Source: Diplonema japonicum (lineage: Eukaryota; Protista; Euglenozoa: Diplonemea). From it: 64,000 bases of DNA. The position numbers were made by a program, and so were the translations under genes. The DNA lies in contig OZ025718.1 in the NCBI GenBank assembly GCA_964019335.1, positions 248,001 to 312,000 of the forward strand, in the 5' to 3' direction. The stretch's first letter is position 1. Each line of letters opens with the position of its first letter. A model generated the notes under the pieces. It worked only from the letters and a program-made list of their open reading frames with translations. It was not told the origin of the DNA and did not search any database. Positions 23,293-34,887 of the stretch are shown here, in pieces.

Positions 23293-23682
23293 AAACGCAA
23301 GCTAAATCTGGGCTGGAATAGTGTTACACGGGATTTTTAGTGCATTTTATTATTATTTATTTTCTCTTTTCCCCCGTACCAAAAAAGGGTGTTGGGCCAA
23401 AAATCATAAGGTCAAAGGCCTGATACCTGAATGTCTCCAAAAAAAGAACACCTTGTCTGGCTAAATGCTGCCATTTTTTTTTTCTTTTTTGACTTTTCTA
23501 GGAGTCGCCTCAGAAATGGACTTCTTTCGGTTTTCAGCCTGTGGGCTTAGTGGTTTTAAAAAAAAAAAAAAACAATGGGGGAAGGAAAAAGGGTGGGTGG
23601 ACACATGGGGAAGATAGAAAAGAAAAAAAGGGAATAGAAAAAAAGAGAAAAAAAAAGAAACAGGGGAATATAAACGCAATAT

Positions 23683-23716
<34 letters not shown>

Positions 23717-24089
23717 CGTTTTTTTCTTCTGCTTTCACTGGTGTCCCTGCTGCCCCTGCTGCCCTTCCATAGCGCTAAGAGCATGCCAATTATCCTGACA
23801 CACTCTCCACTCCATGCCCCTTGGCTAGCCAGTTTCTCTGCTTTGTCGAGCATCTCTCCAAAGAAATCGCTGCAGCAAAAAAAAAAAACTCCCAGTGGCT
23901 TAACCGGCCCTGGGATAAACAAATAAAAAAAGGGGGGGGTTCAAAGGAGTTTTCTATTTTTTCTTTTTTTTTAAAAGAAAATTACCGGTATCTAAAAAAT
24001 CTTTTTTTGGGGGAGAAAAAAAAAATCTAATTTTTTTTTCCCCCATCTCTAAATCACAAAAAAAAAAAAAAAAAAAAAGAATTCTACAA

Positions 24090-25775
24090 CTATTCCCTCT
24101 GCCGAACCGGGGTCCCGGCCCGTTTTGAAAACTGCTTGATACGCTCCTGTAGCGATAGCACGTCCTCCCGTCGGACAGACGTCGACACCGAGGACCGATC
24201 GTCCTCCTGCACAGCAGGGGCTTCTGAAGAAAACACAGGCTTCTGAAGCGGCTTCCTAGAAGGAGGTTCAGGTACCACCACCTCTACAGGTTCTTCATGC
24301 CCATACTCTTCGGCTTCTGACATCTCAAGCCGAGTTGGCTGAGGGGTTGAAATGGGGGGTGTATCTTTCACAAGCATGTACACAACACCATCAGTAACAT
24401 CGCTGTAACAAAGTCTAGCAGTTGCTCTCGACCCGTCTTCTTGCATCAAACTGTAATTTGCATGGGGGAGTTTTAAGGATTCCACGACTGAGTGGAGGAG
24501 AAGCCCTTCATCCGCACCCGAAACCACGGTTAATTTAACTTCGGCCCCACCGCCTTGCGGGTGCTTCACAGAAATAGTTTTCGCTTCAAATTTCGGTTCG
24601 GTTTTAGAGGGGGTACGGATAGCGTGTCCTATGGGGTGTGTCCTTCTTCTGAGAATATCGCCTTTAACTTTTTCCAAAACCTTGCCGCTCAGACCTTCAG
24701 CTCGGTTGAAAATTTCTGTTTCGTGAACATGAATGTCGTACCCATCTGTGAACTGGTTTATCACAGTGCAGTCGACCCATCTTGCTGGTGTGACCGTGAC
24801 ATCGTCGAGCCTGGCTTCAAGGTTAGACCCAACTGGGTATGCCTCTGTGATGTTGAGGAGTTTTATCGGTTCCCAGTTTCCATCGTTTAAAACCTGCCAG
24901 GTCATCGGCCCGACAACCTCATGCGGCATTCTCGTGTGATGTTCCACCGACTGTGCTATCACATCGCCGTTCCTCATAATGCTCCAGCAGCCCGATGCTG
25001 TCGCGCTTAATATACGTCGGTCCTCTGTTTCCCACACGGGGAGGTCCCACGATGTACAACCTTCTTTTAAAAGGTATGAGCCTGTTAACACACCCTTTTG
25101 ATCGCCTTTTATAACGTATAACTGCAGGGACGAAGTGATGGGGTGTGCTGTATTGTCCTCAAGCTTCTTCAAGGGATTTTGTTGGAACGCACCTTCGAAT
25201 TTTGTATTGTTCGGTCGAGGATCGTTGTTTAGGTGGGATGGTATGGAATACCGGAGCACCGTGCAAAGAAATGTCAGGAATAAGAGAACTATGAGGATGA
25301 TGCCAACGATAAGGAGTTTTTGCGAGCGGTCGGTGCAGGTTTCAGTGTACGTATTGCCGTCGATAATTTTTTCCGCGCAGCATCCTTCGCCCGTGCAGAT
25401 GCTTTCCAGAGACTTATTGTTGTATTGGCATGCAGCATCGCAAGTGAAATCATGCTCGCTTCCTTTCACACCCCAGCTGATTACCATAACAACCCCTGCA
25501 AGGCCCCCCAAGCAGCATAGTGCCATGACTGACAGAATGGCTCGGTTTTTCACGTTTGGATCTCGCTGAATATGGGTTCTTTCGGTAGTTTTGTAGTCCG
25601 GTGTGCCCGGCATGACGATGGTGGTGCCGTTCATTGACGCAACTGGATGTATTTCTGACATGTCCTGCAAACCATGCCCTGTGTTCCACACCGGCCTGTC
25701 GTAGCTATGTGCTGTGTCATCGGGCGTCACAGAAGGGTACCACCCTCTGTTGCTTATGTTTGTTTCTTGCAGCAT
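24090..25775 (-). CDS. Two-TM membrane protein with Cys-rich loop and Tudor/SH3-like cytosolic segment
   Basis: 561 aa; hydrophobic helices flank CDAAC..C..CC..C; YPVGSNLEARL..WVDCTV..GYDIHV is Tudor-like. Confidence 0.7.
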   Translation of the reverse strand: MLQETNISNRGWYPSVTPDDTAHSYDRPVWNTGHGLQDMSEIHPVASMNGTTIVMPGTPDYKTTERTHIQRDPNVKNRAILSVMALCCLGGLAGVVMVISWGVKGSEHDFTCDAACQYNNKSLESICTGEGCCAEKIIDGNTYTETCTDRSQKLLIVGIILIVLLFLTFLCTVLRYSIPSHLNNDPRPNNTKFEGAFQQNPLKKLEDNTAHPITSSLQLYVIKGDQKGVLTGSYLLKEGCTSWDLPVWETEDRRILSATASGCWSIMRNGDVIAQSVEHHTRMPHEVVGPMTWQVLNDGNWEPIKLLNITEAYPVGSNLEARLDDVTVTPARWVDCTVINQFTDGYDIHVHETEIFNRAEGLSGKVLEKVKGDILRRRTHPIGHAIRTPSKTEPKFEAKTISVKHPQGGGAEVKLTVVSGADEGLLLHSVVESLKLPHANYSLMQEDGSRATARLCYSDVTDGVVYMLVKDTPPISTPQPTRLEMSEAEEYGHEEPVEVVVPEPPSRKPLQKPVFSSEAPAVQEDDRSSVSTSVRREDVLSLQERIKQFSKRAGTPVRQRE

Positions 25776-26260
25776 TTTTTTTTTTGCGCTTTTTTTTTTT
25801 TATAAAGGGGTGTAAAAGAAAGAAGGGGGGGGGGGGGGGGGGAAGAAGAAGAAAATCTATTTATTTATTTTTGCGCCGTGTTTTCTAAGAAAGTGTCCGA
25901 AGGGTTGATCACTACATTTTTTCTCCTCTCCCCACTCAGCCCCCTTCGCAACAAAAACCGATATTTGAAGAGAACAAAGGAGGGGGGGGGGGGGGGGGGG
26001 TTCTATCTGAGCTTATTCAGATTATTTGCAGTAGTTTTTTTTAATATTTTTTTGGACTTACAGGCATTTTTGCTTTTTTTTAAAAATTAAAGCATCGTCA
26101 GATCTCCGTGTATTTGTCACACAAAACAAAACAAAAAACATTGGAGGTACTATCTGTGAGGTATACATTAAAAAAAAGGGGGGGAAAAAAGTGGGGGATT
26201 TTACAGCGGGAGGAAAAGGGGGGGGGGGGGGGGGGGGGGGTTGTCTCTAAATTTATCAAT

Positions 26261-26860
26261 TCAAATCATCACCGCCCTTGAGCGGGTGGCTGCGGAAGTT
26301 GACGCGCTTCGGGGTTTCGGTGCCATGGCGCCATTGAAGGGGTTGTGGTCTGCCCTGTGGTCCACGTGTCGGAGACCAGTGCCCTTTGCAGCTGGAGGGG
26401 GTTTGTTATGGATCTCCTGCATGGCGGGCCTTCGCCCTGCTCGAGGGGTGAGTGAGCGGTTACGTTTCACAGGAAAGCCTTCCTTGAGTACCCTTTCATG
26501 GAAAGGGTTGGTTTTGGCTGCAATGTTGTTTTCTTTGTGGCCGTAGTTGGTGAGACCGGTGGTGCCTGACCCAGAGCTCTCTTCTGTGAAGTGTCTCTTC
26601 TTTTGTACGGGAATGGCGTTCTCGTCCTGCAACACACACACCGCCACCTCGGTGTGTACACGCTTGGCAACTTTTTTCTTCTGCACCGCGCGTTCCCCAG
26701 GGCCCGATGATGCCGCGCGCACTGTTTTCTTCCCCTTGACTGCTGTCTTCTCCTCGCTTCGCAGCTGAACGCGGTTCGCTAAAGGCTTTTTCTTCTTCTG
26801 CGTGTCCACACCCCATGCGAGGGTTGACCCAGTGACATCACGGTACTCGTTGCGCTGCAT
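26261..26860 (-). CDS. Basic, probably disordered hypothetical protein
   Basis: 199-aa ORF in a homopolymer-free island with AAAAA-ATG context. Confidence 0.6.
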   Translation of the reverse strand: MQRNEYRDVTGSTLAWGVDTQKKKKPLANRVQLRSEEKTAVKGKKTVRAASSGPGERAVQKKKVAKRVHTEVAVCVLQDENAIPVQKKRHFTEESSGSGTTGLTNYGHKENNIAAKTNPFHERVLKEGFPVKRNRSLTPRAGRRPAMQEIHNKPPPAAKGTGLRHVDHRADHNPFNGAMAPKPRSASTSAATRSRAVMI

Positions 26861-26875
26861 TTTTGTTGTGTGTTT

Positions 26876-26914
<39 letters not shown>

Positions 26915-27396
26915 GTACGAACGGGGGGGGGAGAGAGAGAGAGGAAAAAAAAAGGAGAAACAAAAAAAAAGAATTGTAGTTTTTTTTTTTTAAAGGCATT
27001 CACGTTTTTTTTTCCCTCTTTTTTTTTTCCTCCTTTTTTTTCTTGTCTGACAATGTCAGGGGGGGTTTTTTTTTTGTTTGTTTTTATTTCCCCTTGGGGA
27101 AAAAAAAATAAATCTGTTCTTTTTTTTTTTTTTTCTTTTTCTTTCATATGCCGACTACATAATAATATAAAAAAAAAATCAAATCACACAAAAAGAAGAA
27201 AAAAAAAAAAAAAAAAAAAAGAACCCTCACTTTTTTATAGTTGTTTCTAGACATAGTAAACGAAAAAAAAACAAAAAAAAACAAGAAACAAAAAAAAAAA
27301 AATTCGTAACCCCCATGAAGAGAAAAACCCTAGAGAAAAGAAAAAAAAAAAGAAAAAGGGAGCGTTTGCAGAATTCTTTTCCCCACTAGGGGAACG

Positions 27397-30297
27397 TCAC
27401 GAGAAAATATCGCTGTGGTCGGGCAAAGGCAGGTCCTGCATTGTGCTACTGCCGTATGCTGCAATCAAACTGCTAATATGCGCCAAGTGCTGGTCTGTCC
27501 CCAGCGCGGGTATCGGGCCTTTTTTGGGTTTGGGGTGCTGCACAATAGCGGGTTTGCTAGCAACGGCAACAGAAGGAGGGGAAGGAGGAGCAAGACTAAC
27601 CTCAACCTCTGGAGAAGCCATCCCCAGTTCGGAGTAAAAATCCTTCTGAAGTGTGTATTCTACATCGGTAAGGGAAGATTTCTGAACGGACGTCTTCTTC
27701 ACGTAACAGTTCGCAGCACGGACTGACAGAGGGGTCATGGACAGGGCAGCCGCAGCATGGCCGGTCCGAAGGTTTAAAATTTCGCCGAAAACCTTTGTTT
27801 TTTTCTTACCCTTGATGGATGCGAACACCCCTGCAGCGTCCTTCTTGTGAGGCCTGACTGGAACAAACGCTGCCGGTTTCATATCGGCTGCACCACCACC
27901 CAACGATTCACTCTTTGTAGGGGGTGGTATGGAAACTGTCGCGGGCATGGAAAAATCACCGAATTCATCCTCCGTCGGAACAACCGCAGCATGTACCCTG
28001 GCAACAGATGCTATGACAGGAGGCGATGGCGGTACTGGAGAGGAACTCACACCTATCGATACCGAGGCAGATACGGGTGACTGATCCATGACTTTTCGGT
28101 TGAAATCGTTGTACTCAGGTGGGTTGGAGAAGTCCCCGAAATCTTCCTCGCCAGCAGCAAGGCTCGTCACTGTGTTGTCCATTGAAGGCGCTGAGAAGCT
28201 TCCAAAGTCCGCCTCCGGCACAGCAGGGAACGAGTCACCATTGAAGAAATCACTCCCCCGCCGTGCGCTTGCAGGTGACGCGGTGAACATAGTCGATCCC
28301 GCAGACGGCTCCACAGAGTTCGGCGAGACTTTATTCACATCACAACTACCCGCTGAGGACGGTCCTGTCTTTATAGCCATGTTCACCTCTTTCGCAACAA
28401 CAGGCGATGCGGAAGATGCATCGTCAAAGTTAACAGCAGAGGCGCGGGATGCCCTGTCGAACATGGTGGACCCCACAGACGGTGCTTCCGAGGGCTCAAC
28501 GGGGTTTGGCGAGGCGGCACTGTAGTTCGGTTTGATGAACTCACCAAACGTGTCGTCAAGCTTCGCGTCGTCATTCTCGGGGCCTTCTGCAAATTCTTCC
28601 GGTGGAGGTGAAAAATCCCCGAAATCATCATTTTTATCGTCGTCACTTTCTTCATCACACGCAAAGGACGTTCCTCCGTTAGTGGCAACACTCGGCTGCA
28701 CCTCAGACAGAGCCTCGGATTTCGACACATCGTCAAAGGTGCGGGATGCCTTGTCGAACATGGTGGACCCTATTGATGGTGCTTCCGAGGGCTCAACGGG
28801 GTTTGGCGAGGCGGCACTGTAGTTCGGTTTGATGAACTCACCAAACGTGTCGTCAAGCTTCGCGTCGTCATTCTCGGGGCCTTCTGCAAATTCTTCAGGC
28901 GGGGGTGAAAAATCCCCGAAATCATCATTGTCATCATCGTTGTCCTCACCACCATCACAAGCAGGGAACGACCCCCCATTAGTGGCAACACTCGGCTGCA
29001 CCTCAGACTGGGCCTCGGACTTCGATGCATCGTCGAAGTTAACACCGGAAAGGGTGCGGGATGCCCTGTCGAACATGGTGGACCCCACAGATGGTGCTTC
29101 CGAGGGCTCAACGGGGTTTGGCGAGGCGGCACTGAAGTTCGGTTTGATGAACTCGCCAAACGTGTCGTCAAGCTTCGCACCATCGTTCTCAGGACCCTCT
29201 GCAAATTCCTCTGGCGGGGGTGAAAAATCTGCGAAATCATCATTTTTATCGTCATCACTTTCTTCATCACACGCAAAGGACGTTCCTCCGTTTGTGGCAA
29301 CACTCGGCTGCACCTCAGACAGAGCCTCGGATTTCGACACATCGTCAAAGGTGCGGGATGCCTTGTCGAACATGGTGGACCCTATTGATGGTGCTTCCGA
29401 GGGCTCAACGGGGTTTGGCGAGGCGGCACTGTAGTTCGGTTTGATGAACTCACCAAACGTGTCGTCAAGCTTCGCGTCGTCATTCTCGGGGCCTTCTGCA
29501 AATTCTTCCGGTGGAGGTGAAAAATCCCCGAAATCATCATTGTCATCATCGTTGTCCTCACCACCATCACAAGCAGGGAACGACCCCCCATTAGTGGCAA
29601 CACTCGGCTGCACCTCAGACTGGGCCTCGGACACATCGTCAAAGGTTACACCGGAAAAGGTGCGGGATGCCTTGTCGAACATGGTGGACACTAATGACGG
29701 TGCTTCCGAGGGCTCAACGGGGTTCGGCGAGGCGGCATTGTAGTTCGGTTTGATGAACTCGCCAAACGTGTCGTCAAGCTTCGCAGGAACAGCGGAATGA
29801 CTGAAATCTCCAAAATCATCGCTTGCTGCGTCGGCAAGGTCGAGGTCCGAAGCAGGGGGCTCGACAGTGATTTGTGTCTGCAACTCGTCTTCAAAGGTTT
29901 CAGAAGCAGGCGGCTCAACAGGGTTTGAAGATGTAGCGAACTCCCCGAGACCATCATCAGAAGTTGTTGCATCTCCGGTGCCTAGTGTTGCAGGGGACGC
30001 ATCTTGTCCAACTCCGAGATCTTGCGGGGATTGTGAAAAGCTGTTGAGGTCGTTCAGAGACGCCGAAGAGGCAGTGGGATTTGGTTTAATAAACTCACCG
30101 AAGGTGTCGTCAAGCGTGGGTGCCACACCAGGTGCAGAAGAAAACCCACCGAATTCATCGCTTTTGCGTTTTGGTTCGAAATCCAAATCCAGTTCGAATT
30201 CCCCGCTCTTTTCATGTGTCGATGATTTGGAACCGCTTTTAGAGCTCAGCGGCGCTTTGCTCGCGAGGAAGTTTTCGAAGTCATCATCACTGTCCAT
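27397..30297 (-). CDS. Acidic disordered protein with many DFGxF/FGEF motifs (gamma-synergin/aftiphilin-like AP-1 accessory candidate)
   Basis: First ATG at 30297 (MDSDDDFENF). More than a dozen (D/E/T)FG(D/E/S/G)F motifs, the known gamma-adaptin-ear ligand consensus. Confidence 0.75.
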   Translation of the reverse strand: MDSDDDFENFLASKAPLSSKSGSKSSTHEKSGEFELDLDFEPKRKSDEFGGFSSAPGVAPTLDDTFGEFIKPNPTASSASLNDLNSFSQSPQDLGVGQDASPATLGTGDATTSDDGLGEFATSSNPVEPPASETFEDELQTQITVEPPASDLDLADAASDDFGDFSHSAVPAKLDDTFGEFIKPNYNAASPNPVEPSEAPSLVSTMFDKASRTFSGVTFDDVSEAQSEVQPSVATNGGSFPACDGGEDNDDDNDDFGDFSPPPEEFAEGPENDDAKLDDTFGEFIKPNYSAASPNPVEPSEAPSIGSTMFDKASRTFDDVSKSEALSEVQPSVATNGGTSFACDEESDDDKNDDFADFSPPPEEFAEGPENDGAKLDDTFGEFIKPNFSAASPNPVEPSEAPSVGSTMFDRASRTLSGVNFDDASKSEAQSEVQPSVATNGGSFPACDGGEDNDDDNDDFGDFSPPPEEFAEGPENDDAKLDDTFGEFIKPNYSAASPNPVEPSEAPSIGSTMFDKASRTFDDVSKSEALSEVQPSVATNGGTSFACDEESDDDKNDDFGDFSPPPEEFAEGPENDDAKLDDTFGEFIKPNYSAASPNPVEPSEAPSVGSTMFDRASRASAVNFDDASSASPVVAKEVNMAIKTGPSSAGSCDVNKVSPNSVEPSAGSTMFTASPASARRGSDFFNGDSFPAVPEADFGSFSAPSMDNTVTSLAAGEEDFGDFSNPPEYNDFNRKVMDQSPVSASVSIGVSSSPVPPSPPVIASVARVHAAVVPTEDEFGDFSMPATVSIPPPTKSESLGGGAADMKPAAFVPVRPHKKDAAGVFASIKGKKKTKVFGEILNLRTGHAAAALSMTPLSVRAANCYVKKTSVQKSSLTDVEYTLQKDFYSELGMASPEVEVSLAPPSPPSVAVASKPAIVQHPKPKKGPIPALGTDQHLAHISSLIAAYGSSTMQDLPLPDHSDIFS
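28440..29790. repeat. In-frame coding tandem repeat, ~300-bp units in alternating A/B types (612-bp higher-order period)
   Basis: gcgggatgcc recurs at about 28444, 28741, 29056, 29353 and 29662; alternate units are near-identical. Confidence 0.9.
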
Positions 30298-30567
30298 CAC
30301 CTTCCCCCTCGCACCTCCCTCCACCGCCTTTTTATTTTAATTTTTTTTTTTCGCTTTTTTTTTTCTTTTCTCTCTTTTCACCTCCCACCCACCCTCCCCC
30401 TTTTTTTTTTTGAATTTTACAATCAAGCAATTTCTATTTTCTTGGAAAAAAAATAAAAGAATAAAAAACCGGAGGACTATTGAAGGAAAAAAAAGGGGGG
30501 GGGTAGAAGAATTCGGTGACAAAGAAATCAGAGTGGGTGGCAGGCTGTGAAACTTAAATTTTCCGAG

Positions 30568-30601
<34 letters not shown>

Positions 30602-30732
30602 CAAAGGATAACATTAGCTATTTAAGTCTCCAAAAGAAAGCCACAAAGTTATTCTCATCCTCTCCTTAGCAGAGGAATAAAAAAAAAACCCCCCAATTAT
30701 CTTTTAAACGCGAAAAAAACCGACCATCGACC

Positions 30733-30765
<33 letters not shown>

Positions 30766-31416
30766 TGTTTGCTTTTTCTGCCTTCTTTTCTTCTTGTCGC
30801 CTTCTTCTTCCTTATTCAAATGCTTTGGAGGTGCCGAAAATGCATCCAAAAAAAAAAAAAATCTTTTTTTTAAAGTTGCCATCTTATCTTATACTGGAGC
30901 CTCTTAGGCATGAAGGCGATAGTATTTAGAACAAAAGAAGAATATCCTTATGAAAAAAAAAAAGGTTATAAAAAAAAAAAAAAAAAGAAGGATAGGTACT
31001 TTAAGAAGAAAGAATGGAAAGAAAGTAAGAAAGAAACAAAGCAAGTATTTTCTCCTTTTTTTGTTGCCCCCCCCCCCCCCCCCCCCCTCATGACATTAGT
31101 ACAACGAGCAAAAGAAAAAATGGGGCACTTTTTTTTTTTTCTCTTCTTCCCCCGGTTAAATTTTTCAACCATCACAACAAACCACATATATGCAAAACCA
31201 CAAGAATTCCTTCTTCTTTCCCCCTACTTTTTTACCCCCCCCCCCCTATTCTAAAGGAAGAATTGTGCTGCAACGAACCCACCAAAGAAACAAAAAAAAA
31301 AAAGAATTGAATGAATACAGGTAAAAGAAAAATAGAAAAAAAAATTATTGAACAATGGAAAGGACTTAACAAAAAAAAAAAAAAACACTTTTCTTATTCT
31401 ATTCCCGCATTTTCTT

Positions 31417-31821
31417 TTACGAACAGCAGCCGCCTTGTTTTGGTTCTTTCTTCTTCATGGGCAAGGAGGGTCGGTCTTCAGGCGCATTTCCCAAGTTGGG
31501 CCGCATTGTGTTGGCAAGCTCTTTCGCAACAAAGGTGAAGAGGTCGCTCACATGTGAGCCATCTCTCGCGGAGGTCTCTACAACCCGTAGGTCGTTTTGG
31601 TGTGCGTACTCGGAAGCTTCCTCAAAGGGTACTCTTCGAGCACCAGGCTCTTTCTCAACAAGGTCCAGCTTGTTCCCCGTCAGCACCAATACGAGATTCG
31701 GACTCTCGCAGTGGAGCGACAGTTCCTTCGCCCACTCTTTAGCTCTCTCGAAGGAGTTGTAGTTGGTAATGTCATACACAATGATGGCCGCGCTGGCACC
31801 TCGGTAATACATCTTGGCAAG

Positions 31822-31863
<42 letters not shown>

Positions 31864-32177
31864 CCCATACTCTGTATCGTTCCTGCCCAGCAGTATCCCA
31901 GATATCAAGGTTCACCTGGCAATCTTCCACTTGAACGCAATGGGACAGGAAAGACGCTCCAACAGTTGATCTTTGCGATTCTGAAAATTCGTCATGGATG
32001 AGTCGTTCGACCTTTAGAGGAGAGGGGTGGGTGGGTTGGGTTAAAAGTTAAAATCAACCGTGTATTTTCCTTCGTCCATACCAAAGAAGATTTCCCCACC
32101 CCTGTTTCTCCCAGCAGCACCACCTTGAATTTTGTGTTCACCCCCGTGATGTAACCACCCACAACGGCTTTTGACAT
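31417..32177 (-). CDS. Rab GTPase, Rab5-group-like (3 exons, 214 aa)
   Basis: Introns 32012-32081 and 31825-31870. GETGVGKS, STVGASF, WDTAGQERYR, YYRGASAAIIVYDIT, NKLD, ETSA; C-terminal CCS. Confidence 0.9.
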
Positions 32178-32243
32178 TTTTGCCTGTTGGAAAAGGTGTG
32201 GGGGGGGTTACGCAAAGAAAAAAAAAAAAAAAAAAAAAAAAAA

Positions 32244-32660
32244 TCAGCTCCACAACTCTGGATTCTCGTTTCGTCCCAGGGCCTCTCCCTCCGCCAGAAT
32301 CTGGCCTGCTTCGTTCCTGATGGTGGTTTCCATTCTGATTGTTTTCCTTGCGGGTGACAGTTGCGTTATCTTCACTTCGGCTTGGAGGGTTTCGTTGATG
32401 CTAGCAGGCTTGCGAAATTTAAGAGTTTGAGATAGGTAGATGGATCCTGCCCCGGGTAGCTGGGTGCCCATTACACCGGAAATCAGGGAAGCTGTCAACA
32501 TCCCGGGGAGCACAAAGGGGGATTGTGTGTGAATTGGATTACAGTCGCCAGCTAGTGATAGAAAGGCTTCAACATCGGTCAGAGTGAATTTCTTTGGATG
32601 TGATTTTGCTGACTTCCCTATGTACAGGGGCTCCAGGAGGGTGCAGGCGCGCCTGAACAT
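32244..32660 (-). CDS. MaoC/hotdog-fold dehydratase (mitochondrial HTD2-like)
   Basis: [44 protein letters not shown]; MFRR presequence. Confidence 0.88.
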   Translation of the reverse strand: MFRRACTLLEPLYIGKSAKSHPKKFTLTDVEAFLSLAGDCNPIHTQSPFVLPGMLTASLISGVMGTQLPGAGSIYLSQTLKFRKPASINETLQAEVKITQLSPARKTIRMETTIRNEAGQILAEGEALGRNENPELWS

Positions 32661-32740
32661 ATTTTTGTTTTTGTCTTATTTTCTTCCTTTTCTTCAAAGG
32701 GGTGCTATTTTTTTTTATCATGTTTTCTCTTTGTCCTCCC

Positions 32741-32908
32741 TCACTCCAGCAAGCTGTATAAATATGGGATCGACTTGCATTCAAGTCCATCCTCCCCCAC
32801 AGACACCAGCAGGGCCTCCACACCGGTTAGGTCCTGAGGGGTGGCACGTGCCCTCAGTAAAAACTTTGAAAGTGATTTTTGTTCTTCTTGCTCAACGAGG
32901 GCTGTCAT
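32741..32908 (-). CDS. Putative 55-aa small ORF
   Basis: MTALVEQEEQKSLSKFLLRARATPQDLTGVEALLVSVGEDGLECKSIPYLYSLLE*. It fills a complex-sequence island on the coding strand, with AG immediately before the ATG. Confidence 0.4.
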   Translation of the reverse strand: MTALVEQEEQKSLSKFLLRARATPQDLTGVEALLVSVGEDGLECKSIPYLYSLLE

Positions 32909-33000
32909 CTTATTTTTTATTTTTTATTTTTTAAATCTACTTTTTTTTTGTTTGTTTTTGTTTTTGTTTTTGTTTTTTTAAAAGTTTATTTGTTAGATAT

Positions 33001-33240
33001 GGCCTCTCCTAAATTTCCAAAAGTCTGTCACGGGGTTTTTGAAATCTTCTTCAACATTTTGTTTGTTGTCCCAAAAAGGCGTTTTTTTGGGGGGGGGTGT
33101 CGCCCCCCAAAAACAATTTTTAACATAGACCTAGATTTCACATCAGAAGGCAATTCCGGAGAGTCAGAAAAAGAACCTTTCTAAAGAAGCTGATCACTTT
33201 TCGCCTCTAATTAGTGACAGACTTTTGGAAAATTAGGGCC
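33001..33240. mobile_element. MITE (~240 bp) with GGCC termini
   Basis: TIR core CCTAA(A/T)TTTCCAAAAGTCTGTCAC / GTGACAGACTTTTGGAAAATTAGG; ATAT on the left, ATAA on the right. Confidence 0.75.
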
Positions 33241-33632
33241 ATAAAAAAAAACTTTTTGCAATGATGACACGAATGTGGCCGAAGGGGTTAGGTTGTGGTA
33301 GAGTGCAGGGCGGGCAGGGCAAGAGGGCGGTGGAGAGATGGCGGAGAGGTTATGAGATGAGAGATTTCTTTTTCTTTTTTTGGCTGGTGGGTGGGGGTGG
33401 GGGTGGAGGGGAACCAAACAAAAAAAAAAGAATTGGTAAAAAAAAAAAAAAAAAAGGTAATAATGAAAAAAATAAAGAAGAACTTGGCCGTTTTTTTTTT
33501 TTTTTTTGTTTTGTGTGCTGTTTTTTTTTTTTTTTTTTTTAAACTCGTTCTTTGCATTTTAACCACTGGGAGAATGCAACAAAAAAAGAGGGAAACACTT
33601 CAAAGGAAAAAAAAGGGGGGGGGGGAGAATCC

Positions 33633-34263
33633 CTACTGACACCGGTGGTCTGGAGCACAAACCATGCCCCCCGCATCATCTGGGACCATGAACTCAGTGC
33701 GTCTCGTTCTATTTTTTTTTTTTTTTCCCCATCCCAAAATCTCCAAAACATACTTTCCATGAGCGGAGCAAGCCGCAAGGCAAGCTGGGTCGACGGCCGA
33801 TTTGTCTTTGCACCTGTCAGCGGGGATACACTGAAGCTTACCCGCATTTCCCATTTCAAGCGATCTAACAGAACGCCTTTTATTGTGCACAGAGCACATT
33901 TGCGTCTGGTTGGTTGTAGATTGCTGCTGCTGTTGCTGTTGCTGCTGCTTGGTGGCCTGAAGGAGCTGGGTCAGAAGTGCTTCGTTGTTCCCACCACCAC
34001 CGCCGCCGTAAGGATTGAATCGGTTCACCCCCGCAATCTGCTGAAGGAGGAGGGCGTTGATGTTGGTGTTGTCTTCGGCAGTGCGAACCTTGCAACGAGC
34101 CTCAGGCAGGCACTCCCACTGTGGACCGTTGGCGGTCATTACTTGGTACAGTTGAGTGGCGTTCCTCATCTTCCCGTGGGCGTAGCATGCCTCCTGCGTG
34201 TCAGGGTGGATGATCGCGTGCCCTGCAGCCCTGAGATCGCTGCTTGTCCTTACAGGCGGTTGT

Positions 34264-34295
<32 letters not shown>

Positions 34296-34581
34296 TTGTT
34301 GTTGATGCTGTGGTTGAACCATGCCCCCCATCCCGAATAGTCCGGACAAGGCTGCAGCTTGAAGCCTGTTCACCCCCATTCCGGCCTGTCTCCCCATCCC
34401 CATCCCGACGTTCATTCCCGTGTTCCCACCGACCACGCTCACCTTGCAAGGGTTGATAGGCTTGCATCTGTGTGGTTTGTGGGGGAGGGAAGGGAGGATA
34501 TACATACCTGAACTCCCCGTTAATCTCGTCGAGGTTCGTCAGTGTTCTTTCCTTCCCGTGGACCGCGCACTTCTCGGTCAT
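33633..34581 (-). CDS. Protein with four C-x2-H-x-K-x-R...C-x5-C putative Zn fingers and polyQ linkers, paralogue A (3 exons, 287 aa)
   Basis: Introns 34468-34507 and 33709-33753 reconstitute fingers 1 and 4. Confidence 0.8.
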
Positions 34582-34887
34582 TTTTTTTTTTTTCCCCTCC
34601 TTTTTTTTTTTTTTCCTTTAAAAACTCCCTCTAGACCCGAGACACACTTCTAGGTAAAATATCCACTATCACCGTCCCTTTCCTTTCCCCCCCACGGGAA
34701 ATATGAGGGGGGGTAAATGAATGGTGGGGAAGAAGGGTGGGGTGGGGGTGGGGTGGGGACACAACACACTATCAAAAGAAATTGGGGGGGGGGGGAGAGA
34801 GGGGAAAATGTTAACACTCCTTTTTCTGTTTCATAAAAAAAAAACTTTTTTGTCCCCCCTCCCTTTTTTTTTTTTTTTTTTCTGTTC

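Noticed and set aside
28440-29790. CRISPR-like array
   Set aside because: These are in-frame coding repeats of about 300 bp with no unique spacers, in a eukaryotic context.
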